NCBI GenBank assembly: GCA_965223705.1
Contig: OZ245015.1
Location: 192,001-256,000, forward strand
Direction of reading: 5' to 3'
DNA from: Myxococcota bacterium
GTDB lineage: Bacteria; Myxococcota_A; UBA9160; UBA6930
DNA length: 64,000 nt
Positions 26,904 to 38,217 of the stretch are shown one piece after another. Position numbers and translations under genes: made by a program. Numbering within the stretch: the first letter of the stretch is position 1; every line of letters begins with the position of its first letter. The notes under the pieces are model-generated. The model was given only the letters and a program-made list of their open reading frames with translations. It had not been told where the DNA came from and made no database searches.

Positions 26904-27457
26904 GCGGCGCGCGCCTTCAGCTTCGCTTTTCCATCTTCGACGACCACGCGGAACTGCACGTTCTCGCAGCCGAGTTTTGCTCGCAGGGCGGTCTCCTGTT
27001 TGGAGAGCAGATCGGACAACGCTTTCGGCGTAATCCCTTTGACGTCCTGCCCACACGCTTCGCGCGCCGCGACATAAGTTTCGAAGAGCTCATTCGGGTT
27101 CTTCGAGCCTGTTTTCTTACGATCCGCTTTCGGCGGCGCGTCCTCGCGAACCCGAAGGTTCGCCTTGAAGACGTGGCGCTCGTAGGTGCCCTCTTCGATC
27201 TTGCGTTCGGTGGCGTCCCAATGTCGGCGGAACGAGAAATAACGCGCCCGCAAGTTGCTGAATTTGAAGCGGTGGCCGGTGTTTTGGATCGGCTTGTTCG
27301 CGTAGATCGCGAACATCTTCTGGACTTCTTGGCGCAGCATGTGGGGAGAGCGCGTGCGAGAACCGAGGAAGTACTGCTCGTACTCGTTCCGCAGCATCTT
27401 CAGCTTGACCTCCATGTACTGGAGGTCCTCGGTGATCTCGGTCCCGAACTCAGGCAT
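26900..27457 (-). CDS. MXAN_5187 C-terminal-domain-like protein, function unknown
   Basis: YEQYFLG..P, RFKF, W...KIEEGTY, C-terminal VQFRVVVEDGKAKLKA recalled from myxobacterial proteins. Confidence 0.7.
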   Translation of the reverse strand: MPEFGTEITEDLQYMEVKLKMLRNEYEQYFLGSRTRSPHMLRQEVQKMFAIYANKPIQNTGHRFKFSNLRARYFSFRRHWDATERKIEEGTYERHVFKANLRVREDAPPKADRKKTGSKNPNELFETYVAAREACGQDVKGITPKALSDLLSKQETALRAKLGCENVQFRVVVEDGKAKLKARAA

Positions 27458-27464
27458 CGAACCC

Positions 27465-27494
27465 CTATCGGGGTGTGATGCTTAAACCTTGATG
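27465..27494 (-). promoter_or_regulatory. sigma28/FliA-like promoter
   Basis: CATCAA-N16-CCCGATAG, 7 nt before ATG 27457; same geometry at 60967. Confidence 0.55.
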
Positions 27495-27545
27495 CGAAAT
27501 CGCAACAAAAGGGGGATCCGGACCACATTGACGCGCGTCATCCGC

Positions 27546-28676
27546 CTATGACGCGCGTATCTCCGGTTTAAGGATCTGGCCGTCACCGCCCGTGACGCGG
27601 AACTCGCCGGCACCGCCTTCGGCCTGCCGCGCCGCGAACGTCGGGTTCCCGGCAATTTCGAAACCCGCGTCTCGGATCGTCTGATAGGTCTCGTCCACCG
27701 CGTCCCCGCGCGTCGTCAGGTAGCCCTCGACGAACAAGCTGTTAGCCGGCCACAGCGCCAGCGCGCCGAGCGCGCGCAAATGGCCTTCCCGTCCCGCGGA
27801 GATCCGGACCTCGGCCCGGGGATTGATGAGCCGCATCAGCGCCAAGTGGCGCAGGCAGCGCTCGGGAGTGAGCGTTCCGTCGCCGAGAAGCCGATTCCCT
27901 TCGATGGGGATCAGGAAGTTCACCGGGATCGAGGGTACTTCGAGTTCGCGCAGCTTGAAGGCCACGTCGATGACGTCGTCCGCTCGCTCGCCCATGCCCA
28001 CGATGAGTCCGCTGCACGGTTCAATACCGCGCCGCCGGGCGGCGAGAAGGGTGTTTACGCGGTCTTCGAAAGTATGGGTGGAACAGATCTCCGGGTAGTG
28101 CGATTCGCTCGTGTTGAGGTTGTGGTTCAGCCGATCGAGCCCCGCGTCTGCGAGGATCTCGGCGTGCTCGTCACCCAGCAGACCGACGGAGAGACAGACC
28201 TCGATCGGGTACCGGGCCTTCACCTCCCGGATGACCGAGGCGAGCTCCTTCACCGTCCGCAGACTCGGACCGCGTCCCGAGAGCACCATGCAATAGCGAG
28301 ACGCACCCGACTCGGCGGCCCGGGACGCTTCCGCCAGGATTTCCTCGGTGGGCTTTACGGGGTACTTGCGGATCGAAGCATCCGAATCGCGTGACTGCGA
28401 GCAGTAGCCACAGTCTTCCGGACACAGCCCGTTCTGAACGTTGTTCAACAAATGGACCATGACGGCGCGACCGAAGTGGCGCTCTCGCGGAAGGTAGGCC
28501 GCGTGCAGGAGCGGGAGCAGCGCCACGTCGTCTCCCTCGAGCACCCAGCGGCAGGTGTTGCGATCCGGCGCGCGGTCTTCGAGTGCTGCCTCGGCGAGCT
28601 CGGCGTAGCGAGTGAAGGCCGTGATCGACGGGTCGGTTACGGCTTGCGTTTCAGACGAGAGCGGGGCTTGAGACAC
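27546..28676 (-). CDS. bioB: Biotin synthase
   Basis: CPEDCGYC radical-SAM motif, NHNLNTS, CSG.IVGMGE, SIPVNFL. Confidence 0.93.
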   Translation of the reverse strand: MSQAPLSSETQAVTDPSITAFTRYAELAEAALEDRAPDRNTCRWVLEGDDVALLPLLHAAYLPRERHFGRAVMVHLLNNVQNGLCPEDCGYCSQSRDSDASIRKYPVKPTEEILAEASRAAESGASRYCMVLSGRGPSLRTVKELASVIREVKARYPIEVCLSVGLLGDEHAEILADAGLDRLNHNLNTSESHYPEICSTHTFEDRVNTLLAARRRGIEPCSGLIVGMGERADDVIDVAFKLRELEVPSIPVNFLIPIEGNRLLGDGTLTPERCLRHLALMRLINPRAEVRISAGREGHLRALGALALWPANSLFVEGYLTTRGDAVDETYQTIRDAGFEIAGNPTFAARQAEGGAGEFRVTGGDGQILKPEIRAS

Positions 28677-28772
28677 GCGGGACCTCCGAAGGGCCGAGCG
28701 TATGCCCGGCCCGGTCCACCGTCAACGTTCGTTCGCAGACCGGTTGACAGCCGATGTCGTTACCATGGCGCG

Positions 28773-30158
28773 GTGGCAAAGGCGCGCAGCGACTTCGAAT
28801 GCGACGAGTGTGGAACCCGCCACGCGCAGTGGCTCGGCCGTTGCACGGGTTGCGGCGCCTGGGACACGATTCACGAACGCGCCGAGGACCGTGCCGCCGC
28901 CGCGGCGGGGAGCTTCGGCTGGGAGGGCCCACGGGAAGTCCGCGCCCTCAACGAAATCGCCGAATCCGCAGCAGCTCGCATCCAATCGGGTATTGGCGAA
29001 CTCGACCGCGTCACGGGCGGCGGGTTCGTCCCGGGCTCCGTCGTGCTCCTCGGAGGCGAGCCGGGCATCGGGAAATCGACCCTGAGTCTGCAGTTGGCCC
29101 GAGGGTTCGAAGAGACCGGCCGGCGTGTGCTGTACGTCAGCGCCGAAGAGAGTCTCGAGCAGCTGCGACTCCGCGCGGATCGCCTAGGGGCGCTCGGAAA
29201 CGGTTTGTTCGCGCTGCCCGAAACCCGGGTCGAAGCCCTCGAGAAACCCTGGCACGACGTCGCTCCCGGGCTGGTTGTCGTCGATTCCATACAGACCATG
29301 CGTTCCGATCGCGCGAACTCCGCTCCGGGCTCGGTCTCGCAAGTTCGAGAAAGCGCCGCGCTCCTCGCGAGTGCCGCGAAAAGCCAAGGCAGCGTTCTGG
29401 TTCTCGTCGGACACGTGACAAAGGACGGAAGTCTCGCGGGACCGCGCGTCCTGGAACACCTGGTCGACGTGGTGCTCCTTTTCGAAGGTGACCGCGGTCA
29501 GGGCTTCCGCATGCTGCGCGCCGTGAAAAACCGCTTCGGCGGAACCCAGGAGCTCGGCGTCTTCAACATGACCGCCGAAGGGCTCGAAGGCGTCCCGAAC
29601 CCGAGCGCGCACTTTCTCTCCGACCGACGAGCGGGCGCCCCCGGAACGGCCGTGGTTCCACTTCTCGAGGGAACGCGTCCGCTGCTCGTCGAGGTGCAGG
29701 CCTTGGTTGCGCCCGCCGGCTACGGCACGGCGCGCCGGACCTGTGTCGGCGTCGACGATACGCGTGTCGCGCTGCTGCTCGCGGTTCTCGATCGCGGGAC
29801 GAACCTCGATTTCGTCTCGCGCGATGTCTACATGAACGCGACCGGTGGCGTGCGCATCGCGGAGCCCGCGGCGGATCTCGCCATGGCACTGGCACTCGCG
29901 TCGAGCCGTCTCGATCGTGCGCTACCCGAAGACGTCGCGGCCTGCGGAGAGGTGGGATTGGGCGGCGAGCTCCGACCCGTGGCACGCCTCGAGGCCCGCG
30001 CCGCGGAAGCCGCGCGCCTCGGTTTCCGCCGGTTGCTCGTCCCGGAGACGCCCGCCTCACCGCCCCCGGCACGCGTCGGCCAACTCGACATCCTGCCCTT
30101 TGCCCGGCTCTCGGAAGCGGTTGCGTGGCTCGGCCAACAGGCTGTGAACGAAGGTTAA
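28773..30158 (+). CDS. radA: DNA repair protein RadA/Sms
   Basis: CxxC..W.G.CxxC finger, GEPGIGKST, KNRFG; GTG 28773. Confidence 0.96.
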   Translation: MAKARSDFECDECGTRHAQWLGRCTGCGAWDTIHERAEDRAAAAAGSFGWEGPREVRALNEIAESAAARIQSGIGELDRVTGGGFVPGSVVLLGGEPGIGKSTLSLQLARGFEETGRRVLYVSAEESLEQLRLRADRLGALGNGLFALPETRVEALEKPWHDVAPGLVVVDSIQTMRSDRANSAPGSVSQVRESAALLASAAKSQGSVLVLVGHVTKDGSLAGPRVLEHLVDVVLLFEGDRGQGFRMLRAVKNRFGGTQELGVFNMTAEGLEGVPNPSAHFLSDRRAGAPGTAVVPLLEGTRPLLVEVQALVAPAGYGTARRTCVGVDDTRVALLLAVLDRGTNLDFVSRDVYMNATGGVRIAEPAADLAMALALASSRLDRALPEDVAACGEVGLGGELRPVARLEARAAEAARLGFRRLLVPETPASPPPARVGQLDILPFARLSEAVAWLGQQAVNEG

Positions 30159-30195
30159 CTAGCTGTTTTTGCGACGGTTTTCGGCTTTCCGGGGA

Positions 30196-30224
30196 TTGCC
30201 CCGACGGTGGCGACCAGCTAGCCT
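30196..30224 (+). promoter_or_regulatory. sigma70-type promoter with leaderless geometry
   Basis: TTGCCC-N17-TAGCCT-N6-ATG. Confidence 0.6.
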
Positions 30225-30230
30225 CCCCCC

Positions 30231-31253
30231 ATGAGCGAAGCCCCTCCCCGAGGCTCCGGTCGTCCGGCAGCGCACGTGGAAACGCTCCTAGAGCTGGTCG
30301 ATGCGTGCCTGCGCGACCACCTCGCGTCGGAGAGTGCGCTGGTCCGCGCGATCGGCGATCACGTGTTCGCGAACCCGGGCAAGCGACTGCGGCCGGCGCT
30401 GCTGATGCTGGCCGCTGAGCTCTGCGGCTATACCGGCCCGCGCCGCATCCAGCTGGCCGCGGCTCACGAGATGATCCACACCGCCACCTTGCTGCACGAC
30501 GACGTCGTCGATCTCGCGGAGCTCCGGCGCGGCCAACCGGCAGCTCACGTCTTATGGGGCAACCGGCGAGCGGTGCTGGTCGGCGATTTCTTCTACGCGC
30601 GCGCATCGCAAATGATCGTCGAAGACGGCGAGCTCGCGATCGTCGGTCTGTTCGCCGACATGATTCGCCTCATGTCCGAAGGCGAGCTGTTGCAACTCGA
30701 GCGGAGCTTCGATCCCGATGCGAGCGAAGCGCACTATTACGCGGTGATCGAGCGCAAGAGCGCTGCCCTGCTCTCGGCGGTTTGCGAGATCGGCGCGATT
30801 CTCGGCGGTGTCACGCCCGCCGAACGAAAACGTCTCGCCGATTTCGGCCGCGAGCTGGGCCTCGCATTTCAAATGCGCGACGACGCGCTCGACTACGCGT
30901 CGAGCGCCGAAGAACTCGGCAAGCCGCCGCTCACGGATTTGCGCGAGGGCAAGATCACCATGCCGCTCCTGCTCGCATTGAAGCGCGCGACCCACGCTGA
31001 GTACGAAGCGGCCACAGCCGTCTTGAAGAATGCGGCGACGCGCAGCGCGGAAGGTTCGAGCGAAACCCTCGAAGACGAGGAAGTCGAGCTAGTCCGAAGT
31101 CTGGTCGAGCGCATGCGCGGCGTCGAAGACACCAATCGACGCGCGCTGTCGCATATCGATCGGGCGCGAGCGGCACTGGCCGCTTTCCCCGACAACCCCG
31201 CGAGACGCGCACTTCTCGCCGCGGCGGATTTCTCGGTGGCCCGTCGCGCTTAA
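30231..31253 (+). CDS. ispB: Polyprenyl diphosphate synthase (IspB-like)
   Basis: GKRLRP, LLHDDVVD, AFQMRDDALD. Confidence 0.88.
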   Translation: MSEAPPRGSGRPAAHVETLLELVDACLRDHLASESALVRAIGDHVFANPGKRLRPALLMLAAELCGYTGPRRIQLAAAHEMIHTATLLHDDVVDLAELRRGQPAAHVLWGNRRAVLVGDFFYARASQMIVEDGELAIVGLFADMIRLMSEGELLQLERSFDPDASEAHYYAVIERKSAALLSAVCEIGAILGGVTPAERKRLADFGRELGLAFQMRDDALDYASSAEELGKPPLTDLREGKITMPLLLALKRATHAEYEAATAVLKNAATRSAEGSSETLEDEEVELVRSLVERMRGVEDTNRRALSHIDRARAALAAFPDNPARRALLAAADFSVARRA

Positions 31254-31280
31254 GCTCCCCGAGGTCCCGGGAGCGATGCA

Positions 31281-31610
31281 ATGGAAATGACAAACCAGCA
31301 ACCCCTTTCGGCGCACGGGCGCGGCATACGAACGTTTGCCCTCGCAATGCTTTTGGCGGCGCTCGTCGCCGCCGGTGCGTTGGCGGAAGGGCGCGGTGTT
31401 GTGAACATCAACACCGCAAGTGCAGCGGAGTTGGCGCTTCTCCCCGGAATCGGGGAGAGCAAAGCGTCGGCCATCGTTTCGACCCGCAAAGCGCGGGGCG
31501 GTTTCAGCTCGGTGGACGATCTTCTTGCGGTCAAGGGGATCGGCGAGGTCGCCCTCGAGAAGATCCGCAGTCACGTCGTGCTGAAAGGCGCGACCACGCT
31601 GAAGGAATAG
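31281..31610 (+). CDS. comEA: ComEA-family helix-hairpin-helix protein
   Basis: Signal peptide; VNINTASAAEL..LPGIG; VKGIG. Confidence 0.88.
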   Translation: MEMTNQQPLSAHGRGIRTFALAMLLAALVAAGALAEGRGVVNINTASAAELALLPGIGESKASAIVSTRKARGGFSSVDDLLAVKGIGEVALEKIRSHVVLKGATTLKE

Positions 31611-33679
<2,069 letters not shown>

Positions 33680-33876
33680 GGCCCCGAGCTGGGGCGATTC
33701 GCCCTCGTCAGAAAAAGCCCTACGCAGCCATCCGTATTTTTCCTTCAGAGACCGGCAAAAAGACCTTCAGTGGTTTCCCGAGTGGTCGAAGAGATCCCAT
33801 GTGAGCGCAATACCTGAGGCCGGAATCAGGGTTTTACCGGGGACGCGCTCGGGACTCTTACGGAGGGGAAACTTCG

Positions 33877-34482
33877 ATGGCATCCGTCGCACCGCTCAGC
33901 GTTCTCATCGCCGACCCGGATCAGCGCAATGCGCGCCCGATCCAGAGCTTTCTCGAGGGCGAGGGCTATCAGGTCACGGTTCTCGAAGATCCCACCCGCA
34001 CCGCCGAGACCGTGAAAGAGGGGCGCTACCAGATGGTGTTCCTCGATGTTTCGGAGCTCGAAGAGGGCGGCCTCTCGGCGATCCGTGAAGTCCGCGGTCT
34101 CGACGACGACTTGTGCATTATCTGCACGACCCGCGAGCCCGATCTCGACGCCGCCGTCGCCGCGATGAAGCACCGCGTCTTCGACTATCTGCAACACCCC
34201 GTCGAATCCGGTGCGCTCAAGCAGGTCGTCGGGGACGCCATCAAGGAGCACGGGCTCCTGGCCAATATTGAGGACCGTCTCAACCATCTGGTCGGTGAGC
34301 GCGTGCGGATTCGACGCCACGAGCTGGGTCTCACCCTGCGTCAGGTCGCCAACCGAACCGCGCTTTCTGTGAGCTTGATCTCACAGATCGAGCTGGGACG
34401 GAGCGCGGCGTCCGTGTTGACGCTCTACAAGCTCTCGGCCGCCCTCGGCGTGCCCATTCCGTACTTTTTCCACACGGTGTAG
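33877..34482 (+). CDS. Response regulator with C-terminal XRE HTH (DigR-like architecture)
   Basis: Receiver domain (VFLD) plus GLTLRQVA..LSVSLISQIELG. Confidence 0.85.
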   Translation: MASVAPLSVLIADPDQRNARPIQSFLEGEGYQVTVLEDPTRTAETVKEGRYQMVFLDVSELEEGGLSAIREVRGLDDDLCIICTTREPDLDAAVAAMKHRVFDYLQHPVESGALKQVVGDAIKEHGLLANIEDRLNHLVGERVRIRRHELGLTLRQVANRTALSVSLISQIELGRSAASVLTLYKLSAALGVPIPYFFHTV

Positions 34483-34543
34483 CCCCGCCTGAGCGTAGGT
34501 GTACGGCCTCGCTAGGCCGGATCGGCAAGGCTAGCTTCTCGCG

Positions 34544-35665
34544 ATGCGAAGCGTCGAAGGCGTCAAGCCCCGCCCCGGCCTCTCGGTCCCGGTGGTCACC
34601 ATCGTCGACGACGACGGTCAGCTGATCGAAGAAGATCAACGCGCCGTCGTCCGCCACGTCATTCAAGACGGCTACGGCGCCGACGTCGTGTTCTCCGCCG
34701 GAACCACCGGCGAATGGGATCGTCTGCCGCCGGACGTGATGCGTCAGACGATCCGCGTGTGCACAGAGGAAGTCGCTAAAGAGAACGCTCGAACCGGTGA
34801 CGGCCTCGGCACGCCCGTCGAAGCATGGGCAGGGGTGACGTCGGGCTCACCCGAAGAAACCCTCGAAACGCTCGATTTCGCGATTGCCGCCGGCGCCGAC
34901 GCAGCGGTCCTCGCTCCGCTATCGATCCGCGGTGTCGAAGATCCCGTGCGTTTCGTCGCGCGCGACGTCGCCGATCTCCTCGATGCGCGTCCGCGACGGA
35001 TCCCGATCTATCTCTACGACAACGCCAACATCGCCGTCGACCCGAACATTCCCCACATTCGCACGCGCCAAGTCAAAGCGATGTCGCGTCTCGATTTCGT
35101 TCGGGGCATCAAAGTCTCGGCGCCGAAGAAGGTGCTCGGCAATTACACGAAAGCCGCGGAGAGCTTTCGCGAACGCGGTGAGTTCGGCATCTACGTCGGC
35201 GACGCGATGCTGATCTTCGATCTGTTCCGACCGCGCAGCGGTTGGTTTGGTGTGCTGGCCGAACATTGGCAGCGGCGCATGTTGCGCGGAACGGTACCGG
35301 TCGGTGTCGTGGCCGGCCCGGCGAACGCGCTTCCCCGCGAATGGGCGCGCGCTTGGCAGCTGTGTCGCGCGGGGGACGCGGAGCGCATGGATCGCGTGCA
35401 GTCGGTACTCACGCGATTTCGCGACGGGACCCGTTCTGCTGCCGGAAAGCGGAGTATCGCCTGCCTGAAGCGGGCACTCCTCCTCGCGGGGGTTACGAAG
35501 AGCGACCGCGTGGCACCCGGGACACCGGTGTTGTCGCGTCCCGATGTCGAACGCTTTGACGCCGTGTGGGAAGACGTTCGCGCACTGGCACGCGAGCAGT
35601 TGGTTCCGACCTGGGTGTCGCGCTTGTCGTCCGACGCCGATGACATCGGGGCGCAGACCTCGTGA
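34544..35665 (+). CDS. DapA/NanA-superfamily class I aldolase (not DapA itself)
   Basis: GTTGE, IYLYDN, GIKVS Schiff-base Lys; true dapA is elsewhere in the window. Confidence 0.8.
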   Translation: MRSVEGVKPRPGLSVPVVTIVDDDGQLIEEDQRAVVRHVIQDGYGADVVFSAGTTGEWDRLPPDVMRQTIRVCTEEVAKENARTGDGLGTPVEAWAGVTSGSPEETLETLDFAIAAGADAAVLAPLSIRGVEDPVRFVARDVADLLDARPRRIPIYLYDNANIAVDPNIPHIRTRQVKAMSRLDFVRGIKVSAPKKVLGNYTKAAESFRERGEFGIYVGDAMLIFDLFRPRSGWFGVLAEHWQRRMLRGTVPVGVVAGPANALPREWARAWQLCRAGDAERMDRVQSVLTRFRDGTRSAAGKRSIACLKRALLLAGVTKSDRVAPGTPVLSRPDVERFDAVWEDVRALAREQLVPTWVSRLSSDADDIGAQTS

Positions 35666-36255
35666 GCGAGGCCCTCGATACCTTCGACGTCATCGTCGAA
35701 GAGCTCGCAACGTTGCGGGGCGAGCTCGACCCCGAGGCCTTCGATCGGGCGTGCGCCATGATCCGAGACGCCGGGGCGAAGAGTGGCCGCGTGCACGTCA
35801 CGGGAATCGGTAAATCCGAACACGTCGCGCGCTACGCCGCCGCGCTGCTTGCGGCGACCGGTACACCGACCAGTTTTTTAGCGGGCGCCGAGATCGGGCA
35901 CGGTAGTGCTGGCCAGGTCGTCCGCGGCGACATCGTGATCGCGATCAGCAACAGCGGCGAAACGGACGAGCTGCGCACCGGAATCGAAGCGGTACTCCGT
36001 CTCGGGGCGCGGCTTCTCGCGGTGAGCGGTTCCCCCGGTTCCTGGCTCGCCCGCCAGGCGGAGACGCATTTGATCGCCGGGGTCGCGCGTGAAGGAGGTG
36101 GCCTCGGTCTCGCGCCGCGCGCGAGCGCCGCCGCGCAGCTCGTGGTCTTGGCCGCTCTGTCCGCAGCACTCGAGCGAGAGCAGGGCTTCACCCGGAGTGA
36201 TTTTCACGCCCGCCACCCGGCTGGTTCGTTGGGCAAGAAGACAGCCAGCGACTAG
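35662..36255 (+). CDS. SIS-domain phosphosugar isomerase, KdsD-like, without CBS domains
   Basis: GIGKSEHVA, AEIGHG, ISNSGET, HPAGSLG. Confidence 0.85.
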   Translation: MSEALDTFDVIVEELATLRGELDPEAFDRACAMIRDAGAKSGRVHVTGIGKSEHVARYAAALLAATGTPTSFLAGAEIGHGSAGQVVRGDIVIAISNSGETDELRTGIEAVLRLGARLLAVSGSPGSWLARQAETHLIAGVAREGGGLGLAPRASAAAQLVVLAALSAALEREQGFTRSDFHARHPAGSLGKKTASD

Positions 36256-36275
36256 AATTGGCGATCCCAAGGTTC

Positions 36276-36351
36276 GGGGCCGTAGCTCAATTGGGAGAGC
36301 GCCGCGTTCGCAACGCGGAGGTTGGCGGTTCGATCCCGCTCGGCTCCACCA
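36276..36351 (+). tRNA. tRNA-Ala (anticodon CGC)
   Basis: GGGGCCG/CGGCTCC acceptor stem with G3.U70, anticodon arm CCGCG-TTCGCAA-CGCGG, GTTCGA T loop, encoded CCA; 76 nt. Confidence 0.97.
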
Positions 36352-36453
36352 CCACTTTCCTTCGCACCCGACGTAAGATGCCCTCGCGACGAATTCAGGG
36401 ACGAGGTTGCCCGAGCTATGGCGCGCCTTGCGAACTAGGGAGGAGTTTCAAGA

Positions 36454-37275
36454 GTGAACCGGCTACAGGGAAAGCTCGCACTGGTTACCGGGGCGGCGAC
36501 CGGCATCGGCGCCGCGATCGCGCGGCGTTTTCACGAAGAAGGCGCGCAAGTGCTCATCAACGATTTGCGGGCGGACGCCGCGGAGGCGGTGGCCTCCGAA
36601 GTCGGTGGGCGCGGCTATGGGGCGGATGTCTCGGATTCCGGGGCCGTGGCGCGGATGTTCGGACAGATCGAACACGACTACGGTCGGCTCGACATCCTGG
36701 TGAACAACGCCGGCATCGGTGTCGACGGCGACCCCGAACTGGAGAAGCGCATGAACGAGGTGCCGGTCAAACAAGCGACGGAGTTCTCGGCGGGAGAGCC
36801 GGTGGCCAGTCACTGGGACATGACCGTCGAAATGAGCGACGAACATTGGCGACGCATGATCGGGATCCACCTCGATGGCACGTTTTTCTGCTGTCGCGAA
36901 GCCCTCAAAATCATGAACCCGCAGATGAGCGGAGCCATCATCAATATGGGTTCTGTGATGGGCACTGCGGGTGGCGCCGGGGCGAGCCACTACTGCGCGG
37001 CGAAGGCCGGCATCATGGGCTTCACGCGTTCACTCGCGCGGGAAGTGGCGTCGCGCAATATCCGCGTGAACGCGCTCGCGCCTGGGTTCATCGACACGGA
37101 GATGACCCAACCCCTACAAGCCTCGCGCCGCCTCATCGAAGCGGCCCACGTGATGGGCCGCTTCGGCGACGTCGACGACATCGCCTGGGGTGCGGTCTAT
37201 CTGGCGAGCGACGAGGCGAAGTTCATGACCGGGCAGGTGCTGTCACCGAACGGGGGTTTCCACATGAGCCAGTAG
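36454..37275 (+). CDS. Short-chain dehydrogenase/reductase
   Basis: TGAATGIG, NNAG, YCAAK, APGFIDT. Confidence 0.93.
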   Translation: MNRLQGKLALVTGAATGIGAAIARRFHEEGAQVLINDLRADAAEAVASEVGGRGYGADVSDSGAVARMFGQIEHDYGRLDILVNNAGIGVDGDPELEKRMNEVPVKQATEFSAGEPVASHWDMTVEMSDEHWRRMIGIHLDGTFFCCREALKIMNPQMSGAIINMGSVMGTAGGAGASHYCAAKAGIMGFTRSLAREVASRNIRVNALAPGFIDTEMTQPLQASRRLIEAAHVMGRFGDVDDIAWGAVYLASDEAKFMTGQVLSPNGGFHMSQ

Positions 37276-37285
37276 AGCGCGAGCT

Positions 37286-38182
37286 CTACTCGAGAGCTTC
37301 CGAAAGCAGCTCCACGAGAACGTCCCGGCTTGCTCGCTTCCACCCGGAGACCTGTACCGAGGTGACATTCAAGGCGGAGCCCGTCGCTCCCGCGTCGCAC
37401 TCGATCACAAAACTCGTTCCGGCGTTGCCGCCGTTGGTCCCGATTTGCTGCGCGCTGTTTACGAGAGAGCCGTCCGACGCCAGACCCAGCAGGTCGAATA
37501 CAATCGCGGGCTCGCCGTTCAACAAGTTTCCCGACTTGGCTCCCTGAGACGAGCCTTCGATCGAATAGGTTCCGACAAACACGCGATCGTCGGCAATGTC
37601 GTCGGACCCACTTACCCGAATCCGAACGGAGGTCAGCATCACCGGCTCGTTGGAGAGCACGCGGACGTTGACGAATCCGCTCGAGCCCCCGACAGCATCA
37701 CACACGACCGCGTCGGTCTCTTCTTCGTGAAACGGGATGTACTGGTCGTCGCCGCTGACCGGCGGATCATCCGGATCGAGGGCGATTGCCGTCGGCAGCC
37801 CATCCGAGCTTTCCCCGGTGACGTTTCCCGAATAATCCTCCTGTTTGAAGACCATCCGTATTCTGACCTCCGCTCCACCCGTCGACGCTCGGCAATAGAA
37901 CGGTCCTTTTGCGGCCGATAGGGACTGATGCGGAAGGCTAAAGGAACCGCCGGGAGGCAGATCGGCGAGGAGGTCCGCGACGACGGCCTCTGAGGTCGCA
38001 TCGATGATCTCGATAACGACCGAGATGAGTCCAGCGTCGTCGTTCACCACGGTGCAGACGCCGCGACCAATATAGTTGAGGTTGATCGTCCCAGACGTGA
38101 GCTCCGTAGCGTGACTCACGTTGGGCAGTAGTAAGAGAGCTAACGGGAAAGCCCAGGCGGGTAGTCGGTGGGGGATGCGCAT
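37286..38182 (-). CDS. Secreted hypothetical protein (about 298 aa)
   Basis: ATG 38182 after GGAG; signal peptide ending SHA; beta-rich sequence with several Cys. Confidence 0.65.
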   Translation of the reverse strand: MRIPHRLPAWAFPLALLLLPNVSHATELTSGTINLNYIGRGVCTVVNDDAGLISVVIEIIDATSEAVVADLLADLPPGGSFSLPHQSLSAAKGPFYCRASTGGAEVRIRMVFKQEDYSGNVTGESSDGLPTAIALDPDDPPVSGDDQYIPFHEEETDAVVCDAVGGSSGFVNVRVLSNEPVMLTSVRIRVSGSDDIADDRVFVGTYSIEGSSQGAKSGNLLNGEPAIVFDLLGLASDGSLVNSAQQIGTNGGNAGTSFVIECDAGATGSALNVTSVQVSGWKRASRDVLVELLSEALE

Positions 38183-38217
38183 TGTGTACTCCAGCAGTGT
38201 CCCGCCCCCCGACTGCG

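Noticed and set aside
28743..28764. GTTGACA-N7/8-TCGTTACC shared upstream of radA and tal (51912-51934)
   Set aside because: Spacing differs, only two instances, and both parts overlap generic promoter hexamers
30223..30232. CTCCCCCCAT at the ispB start is a 10 nt complement of the RNA B loop region
   Set aside because: Promoter geometry suggests ispB is leaderless, so the C run would not be transcribed; low-complexity match
30270..30283. GCGCACGTGGAAAC as a third parS
   Set aside because: Only the core matches, the arms are not palindromic, and it lies within a CDS
34466..34474. TTTTCCACA DnaA-box match
   Set aside because: Single copy inside a CDS, 20 kb from the dnaN-rpmH junction
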